A DNA stretch of 64,000 nucleotides from a virus. The stretch lies in IMG/VR virus record IMGVR_UViG_3300012012_001194, positions 37,504 to 101,503 of that record. One strand, given 5' to 3'. Both the position numbers and the translations under genes were made by a program. The notes under the pieces are model-generated. The model had not been told where the DNA came from. It ran no database searches and saw only the letters and a list, made by a program, of their open reading frames with translations. Below, one piece after another: positions 28,530 to 36,295 of this stretch. Position 1 is the stretch's first letter. Every line of letters starts with the position of its first letter.

Positions 28530-28581
28530 GATAGCTAAAAAAAAGAACCTCCATGTCCCGAAGGACTGGAGGTTCTTTTTT
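28530..28581. terminator. Bidirectional intrinsic terminator T1 with conserved TAGCTATC tail on the minus strand
   Basis: GAACCTCCA-TGTCC-CGAA-GGAC-TGGAGGTTC flanked by A8 and T6 tracts, between convergent nrdJ and cassette 1. Confidence 0.9.
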
Positions 28582-28840
28582 ATGCCCTAAACCAAAGTCC
28601 CCCGGTGAAGGGGACTTGGATTAAGGTCATATCCGCCGTACGGGCCACCCGTACGACGAAGAGGTCCTGGCACTCCCAAGACCTAATCCCAACCCACATC
28701 CGAAGATGCAGCTGTTGGGCCAGGTTGGCTTCGTCAAAACCAGCACACCAACTGGCGGTTGGTTTTGGGGGCTTGGATGATAAGTCAACGCCAGCCGCTA
28801 AACACAACGCCACCAAGAATAACCCAGCGAACTTAACCAT
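28580..28840 (-). CDS. Small exported protein (cassette 1 cargo)
   Basis: 86 aa with signal-peptide-like N-terminus MVKFAGLFLVALCLAAG; RBS AAAGGA. Confidence 0.65.
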   Translation of the reverse strand: MVKFAGLFLVALCLAAGVDLSSKPPKPTASWCAGFDEANLAQQLHLRMWVGIRSWECQDLFVVRVARTADMTLIQVPFTGGLWFRA

Positions 28841-28929
28841 AGTATGTTTCCTTTATGAAAGAGGGCTACCAACCCGTGAAGTAATAAGAACCACCCAATG
28901 GGGTGATTGGTAACTTATCCTTCATATAG

Positions 28930-28957
28930 TTATGACGCATTTAAAGGCTGAATTAAG
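28930..28957 (-). promoter_or_regulatory. Bipartite promoter-like motif P1 (CTTAATY-N12-GCGTCATAA)
   Basis: One of five copies with an identical 12-nt spacer, each upstream of a cassette. Confidence 0.75.
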
Positions 28958-29075
28958 TCTTATGCTAGCCAGCCTATAATATGGAACGCTATCAAGCGCA
29001 TATCTCTGCCAGCCTATAATATAAGCTGTTATTTACTTTTCCCCCTACTTTTCCGCCTACTTTTCCGCCTAGGTA

Positions 29076-29128
29076 ATAGCTAAAAAAAAACACCTCCATG
29101 TTCCGAAGAACTGGAGGTGTTTTGTTTT
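29076..29128 (-). terminator. Intrinsic terminator T2 (paralogue of T1)
   Basis: ACACCTCCA-TGTTC-CGAA-GAAC-TGGAGGTGT, U9 tract, then AGCTAT. Confidence 0.9.
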
Positions 29129-29136
29129 AAGCCCTT

Positions 29137-29613
29137 CTATTCATAGAAGGTCTTATTTACCATCCTGCGAGTCATCACAGGCGTAAGAGCCCGCTCCAGC
29201 TTGCTCTGTAACCCGGGGGACACCTGGGCAAATCCAACCCACTCTTCGTGGGTTTCGTCTTTCATCACTTCGTTCAACTTCTCTTTCGAGAAGCTGCCAA
29301 AGTGATGATTTATCATCACGTCAAAGCTGACGTGACAAGCTTCTCCTACCGTCCCCTTGGACGGGAACTTTCCACATTTGTCGTGGAAAGCCTTTCGGAA
29401 CTCTGGAGCAAAGCCCTTCTCAAAGGACTCATACGCTCTTGGGTACCTCAACCTCATGTTGAGGTTCGGGAACTCCACCACCGCAGCAGGCGCAGGCTGC
29501 GCCTCCGTCTCAGGGATGCCGTAAAAGGCACCCAGTACAAGCGCGATTGAAAAAGCGATGGCGCACGCCACCACTTTAAACAACCAATCCAACACCAAAG
29601 TTAAATCTTGCAC
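29137..29613 (-). CDS. Membrane-anchored protein (cassette 2 cargo)
   Basis: 158 aa, N-terminal transmembrane segment, GTG start after AAAGGA. Confidence 0.65.
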   Translation of the reverse strand: MQDLTLVLDWLFKVVACAIAFSIALVLGAFYGIPETEAQPAPAAVVEFPNLNMRLRYPRAYESFEKGFAPEFRKAFHDKCGKFPSKGTVGEACHVSFDVMINHHFGSFSKEKLNEVMKDETHEEWVGFAQVSPGLQSKLERALTPVMTRRMVNKTFYE

Positions 29614-29706
29614 GGTATTTTTCCTTTATAAAAGAGGGCATACCAGCCCATGTTGCAATAAGAGGCACCCAAAAGGGGTGCCTGACGCTTATTACGCTAC
29701 AAACTA

Positions 29707-29734
29707 TTATGACGCGCTTAGGGGCTTAATTAAG
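29707..29734 (-). promoter_or_regulatory. Bipartite promoter-like motif P2
   Basis: TTATGACGC-N12-AATTAAG on the + strand; overlaps the HNH gene stop. Confidence 0.75.
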
Positions 29735-30503
29735 CGTCTGGATCTCGGTTAAGATAGGTGTCGCAGATGAAGCCTATGGAGTAGCCCTTACGCAGCTTGG
29801 TGTCTACGGTGGTGCGGCTAATCTTAAGATACTTAGCCCACCCTGTGGCTGTCATTTCTAACCCGTTATATAGGTAGGTCTTATGCTTACGCACCAACCT
29901 AGATAGCGGATTGGCTACAATCTCATCCCCGCTATAGCCTTGGTTGTACAGCTTAAGACAACGGTCTAAGTTGAGCTTAAGCTTGCGCACAAGTGAACTG
30001 AGTGCTATTTTCTTACCTTTATAAGTAACCTTGCGAGAGACATAGGACCTCTCTTGCTTTACAGCGTCTTCAATTGAGAAACCACGGCCCAGCCTAGTGG
30101 AGGCGGTGTCGTAGTTACAATTGAGATCTTTGCATAATACAGATAGCGGTAGCTTCTGACCTAGATACTCAACAACTCTGTTAGTGCTCTTATTAAGGGC
30201 CTGCATTGAGTTCTTTATCCAAGCCATGTTGCCGGTTACATAGCTCATATTATTGTCTATACGCTCTATGCTGTACTCTTCTTTGGGGGATGGGCACACT
30301 CCGACCTCATTAATGAAGTTAAGAAAGCTATACTTGTAGATATCATCTACCGTAATGCCTTTAGCGCCATAGTTAGCGAACCGATGATGATTAGGGTTAT
30401 TGCACTTAGATATGGTTCGTTGCCACGTCTTGTACTCTTTCCAGTACGGACCGCCACGAGTGCTAGAACCACGAACATCTTTAGCCGTGAGCTTTCCTTT
30501 CAT
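29730..30503 (-). CDS. HNH-like (beta-beta-alpha-Me) homing endonuclease with repeated C-terminal DNA-binding modules
   Basis: W...I.KC.NP....F.NYGAKGITV...SIERIDNN.SY..GN..W.....QALNK, followed by three Y.G....L..L...L-type repeats. Confidence 0.75.
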   Translation of the reverse strand: MKGKLTAKDVRGSSTRGGPYWKEYKTWQRTISKCNNPNHHRFANYGAKGITVDDIYKYSFLNFINEVGVCPSPKEEYSIERIDNNMSYVTGNMAWIKNSMQALNKSTNRVVEYLGQKLPLSVLCKDLNCNYDTASTRLGRGFSIEDAVKQERSYVSRKVTYKGKKIALSSLVRKLKLNLDRCLKLYNQGYSGDEIVANPLSRLVRKHKTYLYNGLEMTATGWAKYLKISRTTVDTKLRKGYSIGFICDTYLNRDPDA

Positions 30504-30516
30504 AAAGCATCCTCAT

Positions 30517-30556
30517 GATAGCTAAAAAAAAGCCGAGGCATCCTTGCCTCGGCTTT
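30517..30556 (-). terminator. Intrinsic terminator T3
   Basis: AAAGCCGAGGCA-TCCT-TGCCTCGGCTTT with U8 tract and TAGCTATC tail. Confidence 0.9.
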
Positions 30557-30559
30557 AGT

Positions 30560-30739
30560 CTACCACGATTTCCGCATCGTGATAGACACATCTATCTTAT
30601 CTACGAGTTTATCATCCCAAGGGCTGACGCAGGTCCTACTCGTGGACTCCACCGAGTAGCTAACCCTTTCGGCACTTCTGCAGCCTGTGCAGAAATACAT
30701 AAGGGCCGACAACGCCACCAAAACAGATATTCTCATCAT
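30560..30739 (-). CDS. 59-aa putative lipoprotein (cassette 3 cargo; below the ORF-track cutoff)
   Basis: MMRISVLVALSALMYFCTGCRSAERVSYSVESTSRTCVSPWDDKLVDKIDVSITMRKSW; RBS AAAGGAG; lipobox-like CTGC. Confidence 0.7.
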   Translation of the reverse strand: MMRISVLVALSALMYFCTGCRSAERVSYSVESTSRTCVSPWDDKLVDKIDVSITMRKSW

Positions 30740-30787
30740 CTTACACTCCTTTGCTAGATGCTTAAAAACCCTACATGGGCCATCTGA

Positions 30788-30815
30788 TTATGACGCAAAG
30801 AAGCCTCAGATTAAG
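30788..30815 (-). promoter_or_regulatory. Bipartite promoter-like motif P3
   Basis: TTATGACGC-N12-GATTAAG on the + strand. Confidence 0.7.
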
Positions 30816-30817
30816 GG

Positions 30818-31384
30818 CTATCTGAAAGGAGGACCTTCATACCATGTTACTAGGCTATGTCGTTTACCACGGGTTAATGGGGTTACTTGATGGCGAATAT
30901 ATGAGGGGAATACAATAGTCGTGCCCCTGCCCTTTAGTATCTCAGGGTTAGGTCCTCCACTGCTTCCTTTTATATCAAACTGAAGGTCGCCCCCTTCGTA
31001 ATCTGCTGGGTTAGAGAGCTGCATAACAAATGAAAGCTTACGCTGAGTGTTTTGATTAGCCGCAGGAACCCAGTTAAGGTCCTCATGCCAACCGTAGTGC
31101 CCGCCAGTGTCTCCGTCATACTCAGTAAACTGTACCTCGTGGAAAAGGTTAATATCAAACCCAAATGCTGTATTAGCACGGCGAATAACATATTCCATAT
31201 CTGAGAACAGCCAGTTCCAAGAAGTGTCGCCTCGGTGTATCCAACGAACTTTAGAATCCCGAAGATTAGGCACCTTACCGTACGTAGTTCCTGCCATCGC
31301 AGGTATGGTAATTGCCTGATCGATGACCGCTTGACATCGCTCTGCTGACATGTAACCGTCCCACATCTGCCACAGGGATCGCAT
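30818..31384 (-). CDS. 2OG-Fe(II) oxygenase (prolyl-hydroxylase-like)
   Basis: YGWHED, RKLS, Y.GG.L, FPSY..H.V.P...G.R.SLV.W. Confidence 0.9.
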   Translation of the reverse strand: MRSLWQMWDGYMSAERCQAVIDQAITIPAMAGTTYGKVPNLRDSKVRWIHRGDTSWNWLFSDMEYVIRRANTAFGFDINLFHEVQFTEYDGDTGGHYGWHEDLNWVPAANQNTQRKLSFVMQLSNPADYEGGDLQFDIKGSSGGPNPEILKGRGTTIVFPSYIRHQVTPLTRGKRHSLVTWYEGPPFR

Positions 31385-31448
31385 AGTAGCTCCTTTAAGA
31401 AATAGACAGGGTGAATCTAAACTAAGTAAATAGTGTCAGTCAATAACA

Positions 31449-31612
31449 AGAGCCGAGTTAGGCAAGGAATACCTTCTCGGCTCTGTCGGGACTTTAAGGA
31501 ATCCCTTTACCGTGGTTGTGTCCAATGAGTAAAGACGCGCACTCACGGCTTACGCCCCCATGCGGCAAGAAGAATCAGCCAACACCGGCCACTCGGGCTA
31601 GGGGGAGCCCCC
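31449..31612 (-). ncRNA. Candidate structured RNA (multibranch junction plus two hairpins)
   Basis: Intergenic. GTGG..GTGTT/GACAC..CCAC encloses three hairpins (one with a GTAA tetraloop); GGGATT/AGTCCC and AGAGCCGAG/CTCGGCTCT stems follow. Confidence 0.4.
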
Positions 31613-31672
31613 AAAGAGATAATCGTATGATATCTAGGCTCTTAAGAATAGCAAGCAAGTATGCTATTAATC

Positions 31673-32128
31673 TTAAAGTTTCTTCCACCACTCTGCTACG
31701 TTTATGTTTGGATGATCTTGCAACTCAGTAGAGATGCGATAACTATCCTCGTCAAGATGATGCGTAGAGGTCTCAAAGATAACCGAGTCCTCTAACGCAA
31801 AGAACTGATGAGCGTACCCAGGAAGAATGTGCCAGGCTTGCCCTGGGTGTAGCACCCTAGACAATACTGGCACCTCAGCCGGTACATCATTAGTCGCTAG
31901 CGTAGTAGCCTCAGATTGATCTGCATAAAGCATCAACACTTGGCCAGAAACCACAGTGAGGGTTTCTTCTTTAAGCTTGTGGTAATGAAAGCTGCAGTAC
32001 TTAGAGGCACTAACCCTAAGAACCTTTCCGCAGTAGCTCTCGTTGTTTATAACCCAGATCTCGCTTCCCCAGCTTTTGGGGACATAAGTCATGTGTTCAA
32101 CTGGACCACTGCGTCTAGCATCTTTCAT
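31673..32128 (-). CDS. Cupin-fold protein (sugar isomerase-like)
   Basis: KSWGSEIW, SFHYHKLKEET, HQF.A....IFETST.H...DSYR. Confidence 0.8.
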   Translation of the reverse strand: MKDARRSGPVEHMTYVPKSWGSEIWVINNESYCGKVLRVSASKYCSFHYHKLKEETLTVVSGQVLMLYADQSEATTLATNDVPAEVPVLSRVLHPGQAWHILPGYAHQFFALEDSVIFETSTHHLDEDSYRISTELQDHPNINVAEWWKKL

Positions 32129-32775
32129 CGTCTTGCCTCTGCTTTCCTAATAGCCGTCATAATGAATTGAAGAGAAGGATGACGAACAATCATACTCTCA
32201 TCAAAGCCTACATACCCTACGCAGTCAAGATTCTCAAGAGCATAAGCGAACTCAGAAAAGCAATTCCTTATTCTAAGGTCGCTCTGCTCGGGGTCTCCGC
32301 ATACGATGAGCTTGCCGTTTTTACCAAGCCTAGAAGTGAATAGCTTGAGCTGCTCCCAAGTACAATTCTGAGCCTCGTCAAGAATGGCAACGCAGTCATC
32401 AAAGGTCCTTCCACGCATCACTGCCAAAGGGATGATCTCCATAGACTTCATAACTTCTTTAGGATTGACTGTGGTAATTCGACGTAAGACGTCCTCAATG
32501 GGGGCTACCCACGGAGCCAGCTTGTCGTTTATGTCACCGGGTAAGAATCCCATCTTCTCACCACACTCAACCATAGGTCTTGAAAGGATCATACGGCGGA
32601 CCTTACCGCCTAGAAAAGAAGTGAGGGCCATCTTCACCGCCTGATGTGTCTTGCCTGTTCCTGCTGGCCCGGTTAGGAACAGAATATCTTTCTTTGGAAA
32701 AAGCTTCTCTGCTAGTTTTTGTGCCTCGTTGATGGGTAAAAGTACGGGGTTCAAATCCTTAGGCATCTTAGCCAT
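32125..32775 (-). CDS. phoH: PhoH-family ATPase
   Basis: GPAGTGKT, GFLPG, MRGRTF, ILDEAQN, GD..QSD, VRH. Confidence 0.92.
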   Translation of the reverse strand: MAKMPKDLNPVLLPINEAQKLAEKLFPKKDILFLTGPAGTGKTHQAVKMALTSFLGGKVRRMILSRPMVECGEKMGFLPGDINDKLAPWVAPIEDVLRRITTVNPKEVMKSMEIIPLAVMRGRTFDDCVAILDEAQNCTWEQLKLFTSRLGKNGKLIVCGDPEQSDLRIRNCFSEFAYALENLDCVGYVGFDESMIVRHPSLQFIMTAIRKAEARR

Positions 32776-32829
32776 TGTTACTCCGACCGGGTATTAACCC
32801 GGCTATGGGTTACACCGAACTACCAACAT

Positions 32830-32843
32830 TGGAGACGTCTCCA
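32830..32843. repeat. Dispersed palindrome copy 5
   Basis: Abuts the TAG stop of 32844..33455. Confidence 0.95.
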
Positions 32844-33455
32844 CTATCTTCGCCCCTTGGGTTTTCGCCCCTTGGGTTTAGGTGGTTTCTTCTTTTTAGC
32901 AGCTTTGGCACCTGCCGGCGTAGCCGCCTTCTTAGCCGCCGCCTTAAACGCGTCTATCTCCATCTGAGAGACTCTCTTAGCACCTCCAATATTTTGCCCA
33001 CGAGCTTTTGCTATCTGTTCAGCTATGCTTTTGTTTTCTGCATCATTTTTTTGTTTTTGTACATTAGCGGAGCCTTGCTTAATAAGCTTGTTATTTTCGT
33101 TGGTTAGTTGGTCTCTATAGGCCTTGATTTCCTTAAGTGTTTTATCTTTATTTTTACCTTTTGTATCCCTAAGCGAGCTCAGCGTTTGGCCTGCCACATC
33201 TCTACTGTCTTGAACTTTGTTGTACTGATCCTCTAGTTTGTTTAGGATCTTCAATTCTTTAGAATTCCGATTAATTTGACTTGAGTTAGGAAAATCGCCT
33301 GGGACAGTATCACGCCTGTAATCGTCAAACAGACCTCTTTTATCTGCGCGCTCTGAGCTGCTTATGCCGATCGCTGCTTTAGTTACAACCGAGGCCACTG
33401 TTCCATTAAAACCGGAGTAAGAGTTGAACCCTTCAACAAATAAATCTTGTCCCAT
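32844..33455 (-). CDS. Basic coiled-coil protein with KPKGRR tail
   Basis: 203 aa, RBS GGAGG; its TAG stop is part of a palindrome copy. Confidence 0.7.
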   Translation of the reverse strand: MGQDLFVEGFNSYSGFNGTVASVVTKAAIGISSSERADKRGLFDDYRRDTVPGDFPNSSQINRNSKELKILNKLEDQYNKVQDSRDVAGQTLSSLRDTKGKNKDKTLKEIKAYRDQLTNENNKLIKQGSANVQKQKNDAENKSIAEQIAKARGQNIGGAKRVSQMEIDAFKAAAKKAATPAGAKAAKKKKPPKPKGRKPKGRR

Positions 33456-33467
33456 GATAAAACCTCC

Positions 33468-34247
33468 TTATTTCTTTTTTCCTTTGGGTTTAGGTAAAGG
33501 CTTGTTTTTAACTTTAGCTCTAGCGTTAGCTATGGCTTTGTTGACTGCGTCTAACAGCTTTTTAGTCTGTGCCTTAGTGAGCCTAGCCACTTTTGCAGCC
33601 CTAGTTGCATCAGCAATAAATTGAGCTGCTCCTATGTTGTTAGCTCGGGGATCTGTACCAAGCCTAAAGTTAGCTCGAGCTATGAACTGGCCTATATTAA
33701 AAGGCCCATCGCCTGTGTCGAGATCGTTACCGTTGTCCCGAGGTGGTGGACCTGGATCTATAATAGGCCGGGGCGGTTGAGGAGGAGGAGGAGGCGGAGA
33801 CGTGACAGAACGGGGCGGTTGAGAAATAGTATTTGGGGGCGCAACAGGAGGTAATACAATAGGTGGAGGCGGGGACACAATGGGATCAATTTGGTAAGAA
33901 GTGAATGCGTGCATCCACCAATCAGCAGTGTTTCCAACACCATCAGCAGCTGTAACGCTTTTAGCGCCAGATATAACAGCTCCGCCGCTAGCCCTAGCCT
34001 CGATGCCGTTCATAGGCATATTTATTGATCCTCCACCCCATCCTACGGTGGCGCTTCCGGTAACCACTAATCCACGAGATGTTAGATCGATAACTTTGTA
34101 AACTCCGTCTAAACTGCTATTCCACCCTGCAAGGTTGGGCGGCCTAACGCCCCTAATAGATACGGTGTCGCCTTGCTTAAACTTAATGCCGTTTGAGCCT
34201 GTAATAGTTTCAGAGGCCCTGTACGAAAAGGTGATCATGCGATACAT
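33468..34247 (-). CDS. Hypothetical protein with Pro-rich linker and KPKGKKK tail
   Basis: Likely start MYRMITF at 34247, just after the upstream stop. Confidence 0.7.
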   Translation of the reverse strand: MYRMITFSYRASETITGSNGIKFKQGDTVSIRGVRPPNLAGWNSSLDGVYKVIDLTSRGLVVTGSATVGWGGGSINMPMNGIEARASGGAVISGAKSVTAADGVGNTADWWMHAFTSYQIDPIVSPPPPIVLPPVAPPNTISQPPRSVTSPPPPPPQPPRPIIDPGPPPRDNGNDLDTGDGPFNIGQFIARANFRLGTDPRANNIGAAQFIADATRAAKVARLTKAQTKKLLDAVNKAIANARAKVKNKPLPKPKGKKK

Positions 34248-34251
34248 GGAT

Positions 34252-35010
34252 TTATTTCCTTCCTTTAGGCTTTTTGAGTGGTTTTTTAGGCACTTTTTTT
34301 GGTGGCTTGGGAGGGGCAACAGGAGTAGTCCCTGTTGGTCCTGTTGCGCTCTGTGCCTGCGCAACTACAGTGGCAACTATTTTATTTGCTTCTGCATCGG
34401 ATGCGCCGGCTTTTTGTAAGTTGTTTGCACGATAGTACGCAGACATCCTAGGAGACCAAACATTACTGTCGCTATTGAGCCATGCCGCCCTTTTTTCAGG
34501 AGGTAACTGGTTAGCATAGAGTGTACTTACTTCAGCTCTGGCAGCTATAACAGAGGGGTTCTCATCAACAGACTTTTGGATACGGTTGTAATAGATAGCC
34601 TTAGCTTTAAAACTAGACATGCCTTCTCGTAGAGCATCCCTAGCTTCTTTAGAGTTTGGAGGGCCGTAGATAGCTGAAGTAGCGGCTATAGTGGCCTCCC
34701 TTATAGCTGCCTCCCTAGCTCGATGGACGTTAGCCTCGGCGAAAACAAAATCGGAAGCGGCCTTTCTGGCAAGCGCCATTTCGGCGGAGCCGTACTTACA
34801 CTTACAATCATTGGGCCCAACGTCAATAGCCGCCCGAGCAGCGTCATTTTTAAGGTACTCATTGTCGCGGGCTAAGTTCTTGGCAGCCTGCAAGCGAGCG
34901 CCCCACTCATTGTAGACGGCGGCGTCGCTGGTGCCAGGATTAGGATTTTTGGATAGAAACTCTTTACCAGCCTCTTCCATAAGCCGATGAACTTCATTCA
35001 TATTAATCAT
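34252..35010 (-). CDS. Ala-rich helical protein with KPKGRK tail
   Basis: 252 aa ORF. Confidence 0.7.
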   Translation of the reverse strand: MINMNEVHRLMEEAGKEFLSKNPNPGTSDAAVYNEWGARLQAAKNLARDNEYLKNDAARAAIDVGPNDCKCKYGSAEMALARKAASDFVFAEANVHRAREAAIREATIAATSAIYGPPNSKEARDALREGMSSFKAKAIYYNRIQKSVDENPSVIAARAEVSTLYANQLPPEKRAAWLNSDSNVWSPRMSAYYRANNLQKAGASDAEANKIVATVVAQAQSATGPTGTTPVAPPKPPKKVPKKPLKKPKGRK

Positions 35011-35011
35011 A

Positions 35012-35596
35012 TTATACTCCTACTATTGTTGGTTTGTCTTCAAATAAGATCATAGAGATAGCCGCTACAAACGCTTCGGTTACAGGTCTTTCATTCTTCC
35101 ATATCGCTAAGCCAAACCTTCTATAAGGTCTTCCAGTATTATCTTTGTCATGCCATCTGTCTTCAAAGTCCTGCCATGGTATATAGCCCCTAGCGTCATC
35201 TAAGGCTGGGTCTTCGAAGTACACATTCTTATCGTCGTAGTCTATCGCTATAACATAATGCCCGCTGTCTCCAGCAAGCTCTGCAGGGGTAGATGCCCAA
35301 GCCTGAACAGCAATGATCACTGGTCGGCCTTCTTCTAAGTAATACTTAAGCTCTTGGTTGGTCATCCTCTCGTGCCATACTGTGCTGTAACCTCTGGCCT
35401 TGGCAGCTTTACTGAGCGCCATAGGACTGGTTCCATCAATAGGGTCGGACTTTAACTCAGCAGCTAAAATAGGCTCCTCGATGAACTCGCCCCAGTAGCC
35501 AAAGATAGCGCTAAGGGCTGCGGGTCCGCAGGTGTAACAAGACTTCTGACGGGCGTCAGGTAAAGGTATTCGGTTTCCTCGCAGGGTCCTGTCCAT
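35012..35596 (-). CDS. C39-like (papain-fold) cysteine peptidase
   Basis: RQ....TCGPAAL (Q/C), GHYVIAIDYD (H), YFEDP (D). Confidence 0.82.
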   Translation of the reverse strand: MDRTLRGNRIPLPDARQKSCYTCGPAALSAIFGYWGEFIEEPILAAELKSDPIDGTSPMALSKAAKARGYSTVWHERMTNQELKYYLEEGRPVIIAVQAWASTPAELAGDSGHYVIAIDYDDKNVYFEDPALDDARGYIPWQDFEDRWHDKDNTGRPYRRFGLAIWKNERPVTEAFVAAISMILFEDKPTIVGV

Positions 35597-35702
35597 AGGA
35601 TAGGCCTCCGTGCTTGGGTGATTGATTTAAGTCACCTATATAGGATAACCTACAACCTTTACGCTATGAAGACATTCCTTGTAATTTGATGTAAGTCATT
35701 AT

Positions 35703-35948
35703 CTAGTCTTGCTTTAAAAGCATATTAAGGAACTGTTTGTTGGCAGATACAGCTGGTTCAGGTCTGCCCATGGTGATATTGCCTTGGCCTCTCACATCAG
35801 CGTTGCGCCATGTCCAGCACTCGCCAGTGTCATCTTGAAACACAACCCACATAAGATCATGCTCTTGGCTATAGTCTATTATGACATGAGCCATACCTTT
35901 TCCCTTAATAGTGAGCACTGGAATAGGCGGATTAAGTTGTAGAAGCAT
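35703..35948 (-). CDS. Hypothetical protein
   Basis: 81 aa, RBS AAGGAG directly after a palindrome copy. Confidence 0.7.
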   Translation of the reverse strand: MLLQLNPPIPVLTIKGKGMAHVIIDYSQEHDLMWVVFQDDTGECWTWRNADVRGQGNITMGRPEPAVSANKQFLNMLLKQD

Positions 35949-35959
35949 AGTAACTCCTT

Positions 35960-35973
35960 TGGAGACGTCTCCA
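35960..35973. repeat. Dispersed palindrome copy 6
   Basis: Abuts the TAG stop of 35974..36273. Confidence 0.95.
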
Positions 35974-36273
35974 CTACCTTCGGCCTTTGGGTTTTGAAAC
36001 CCGTTTCTTCTTGGGCTGCCTCCTAGGCTTGGGCTTGGGCGGCCGGTTACCAGCCTGTAACCGTTCGATTTCTTTCTGAGCCCCGTCGCGCATCATCGTG
36101 TTAAAGGCGATATTCTCAGCTGCATCCGCCTTCGATGGCTCACCTTGCCGAAGCGGACGACCGGGGTTTAGGTAAAACATGTTGACGGCAATAGCTGCCT
36201 GTGACTGGTGGTAGATTCTTTGGTAGTCACTCAACCCATTAATTAAGTTGCCTGAACTAGACAATGTAGCCAT
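35974..36273 (-). CDS. Small basic protein with KPKGRR tail
   Basis: 99 aa; its TAG stop is part of a palindrome copy. Confidence 0.65.
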   Translation of the reverse strand: MATLSSSGNLINGLSDYQRIYHQSQAAIAVNMFYLNPGRPLRQGEPSKADAAENIAFNTMMRDGAQKEIERLQAGNRPPKPKPRRQPKKKRVSKPKGRR

Positions 36274-36295
36274 GGTGTGCCGCCTATGTTGTAAG

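Noticed and set aside
29730-30503. HNH gene as part of an intron or intein
   Set aside because: It is free-standing between T3 and P2, and no interrupted host gene flanks it.
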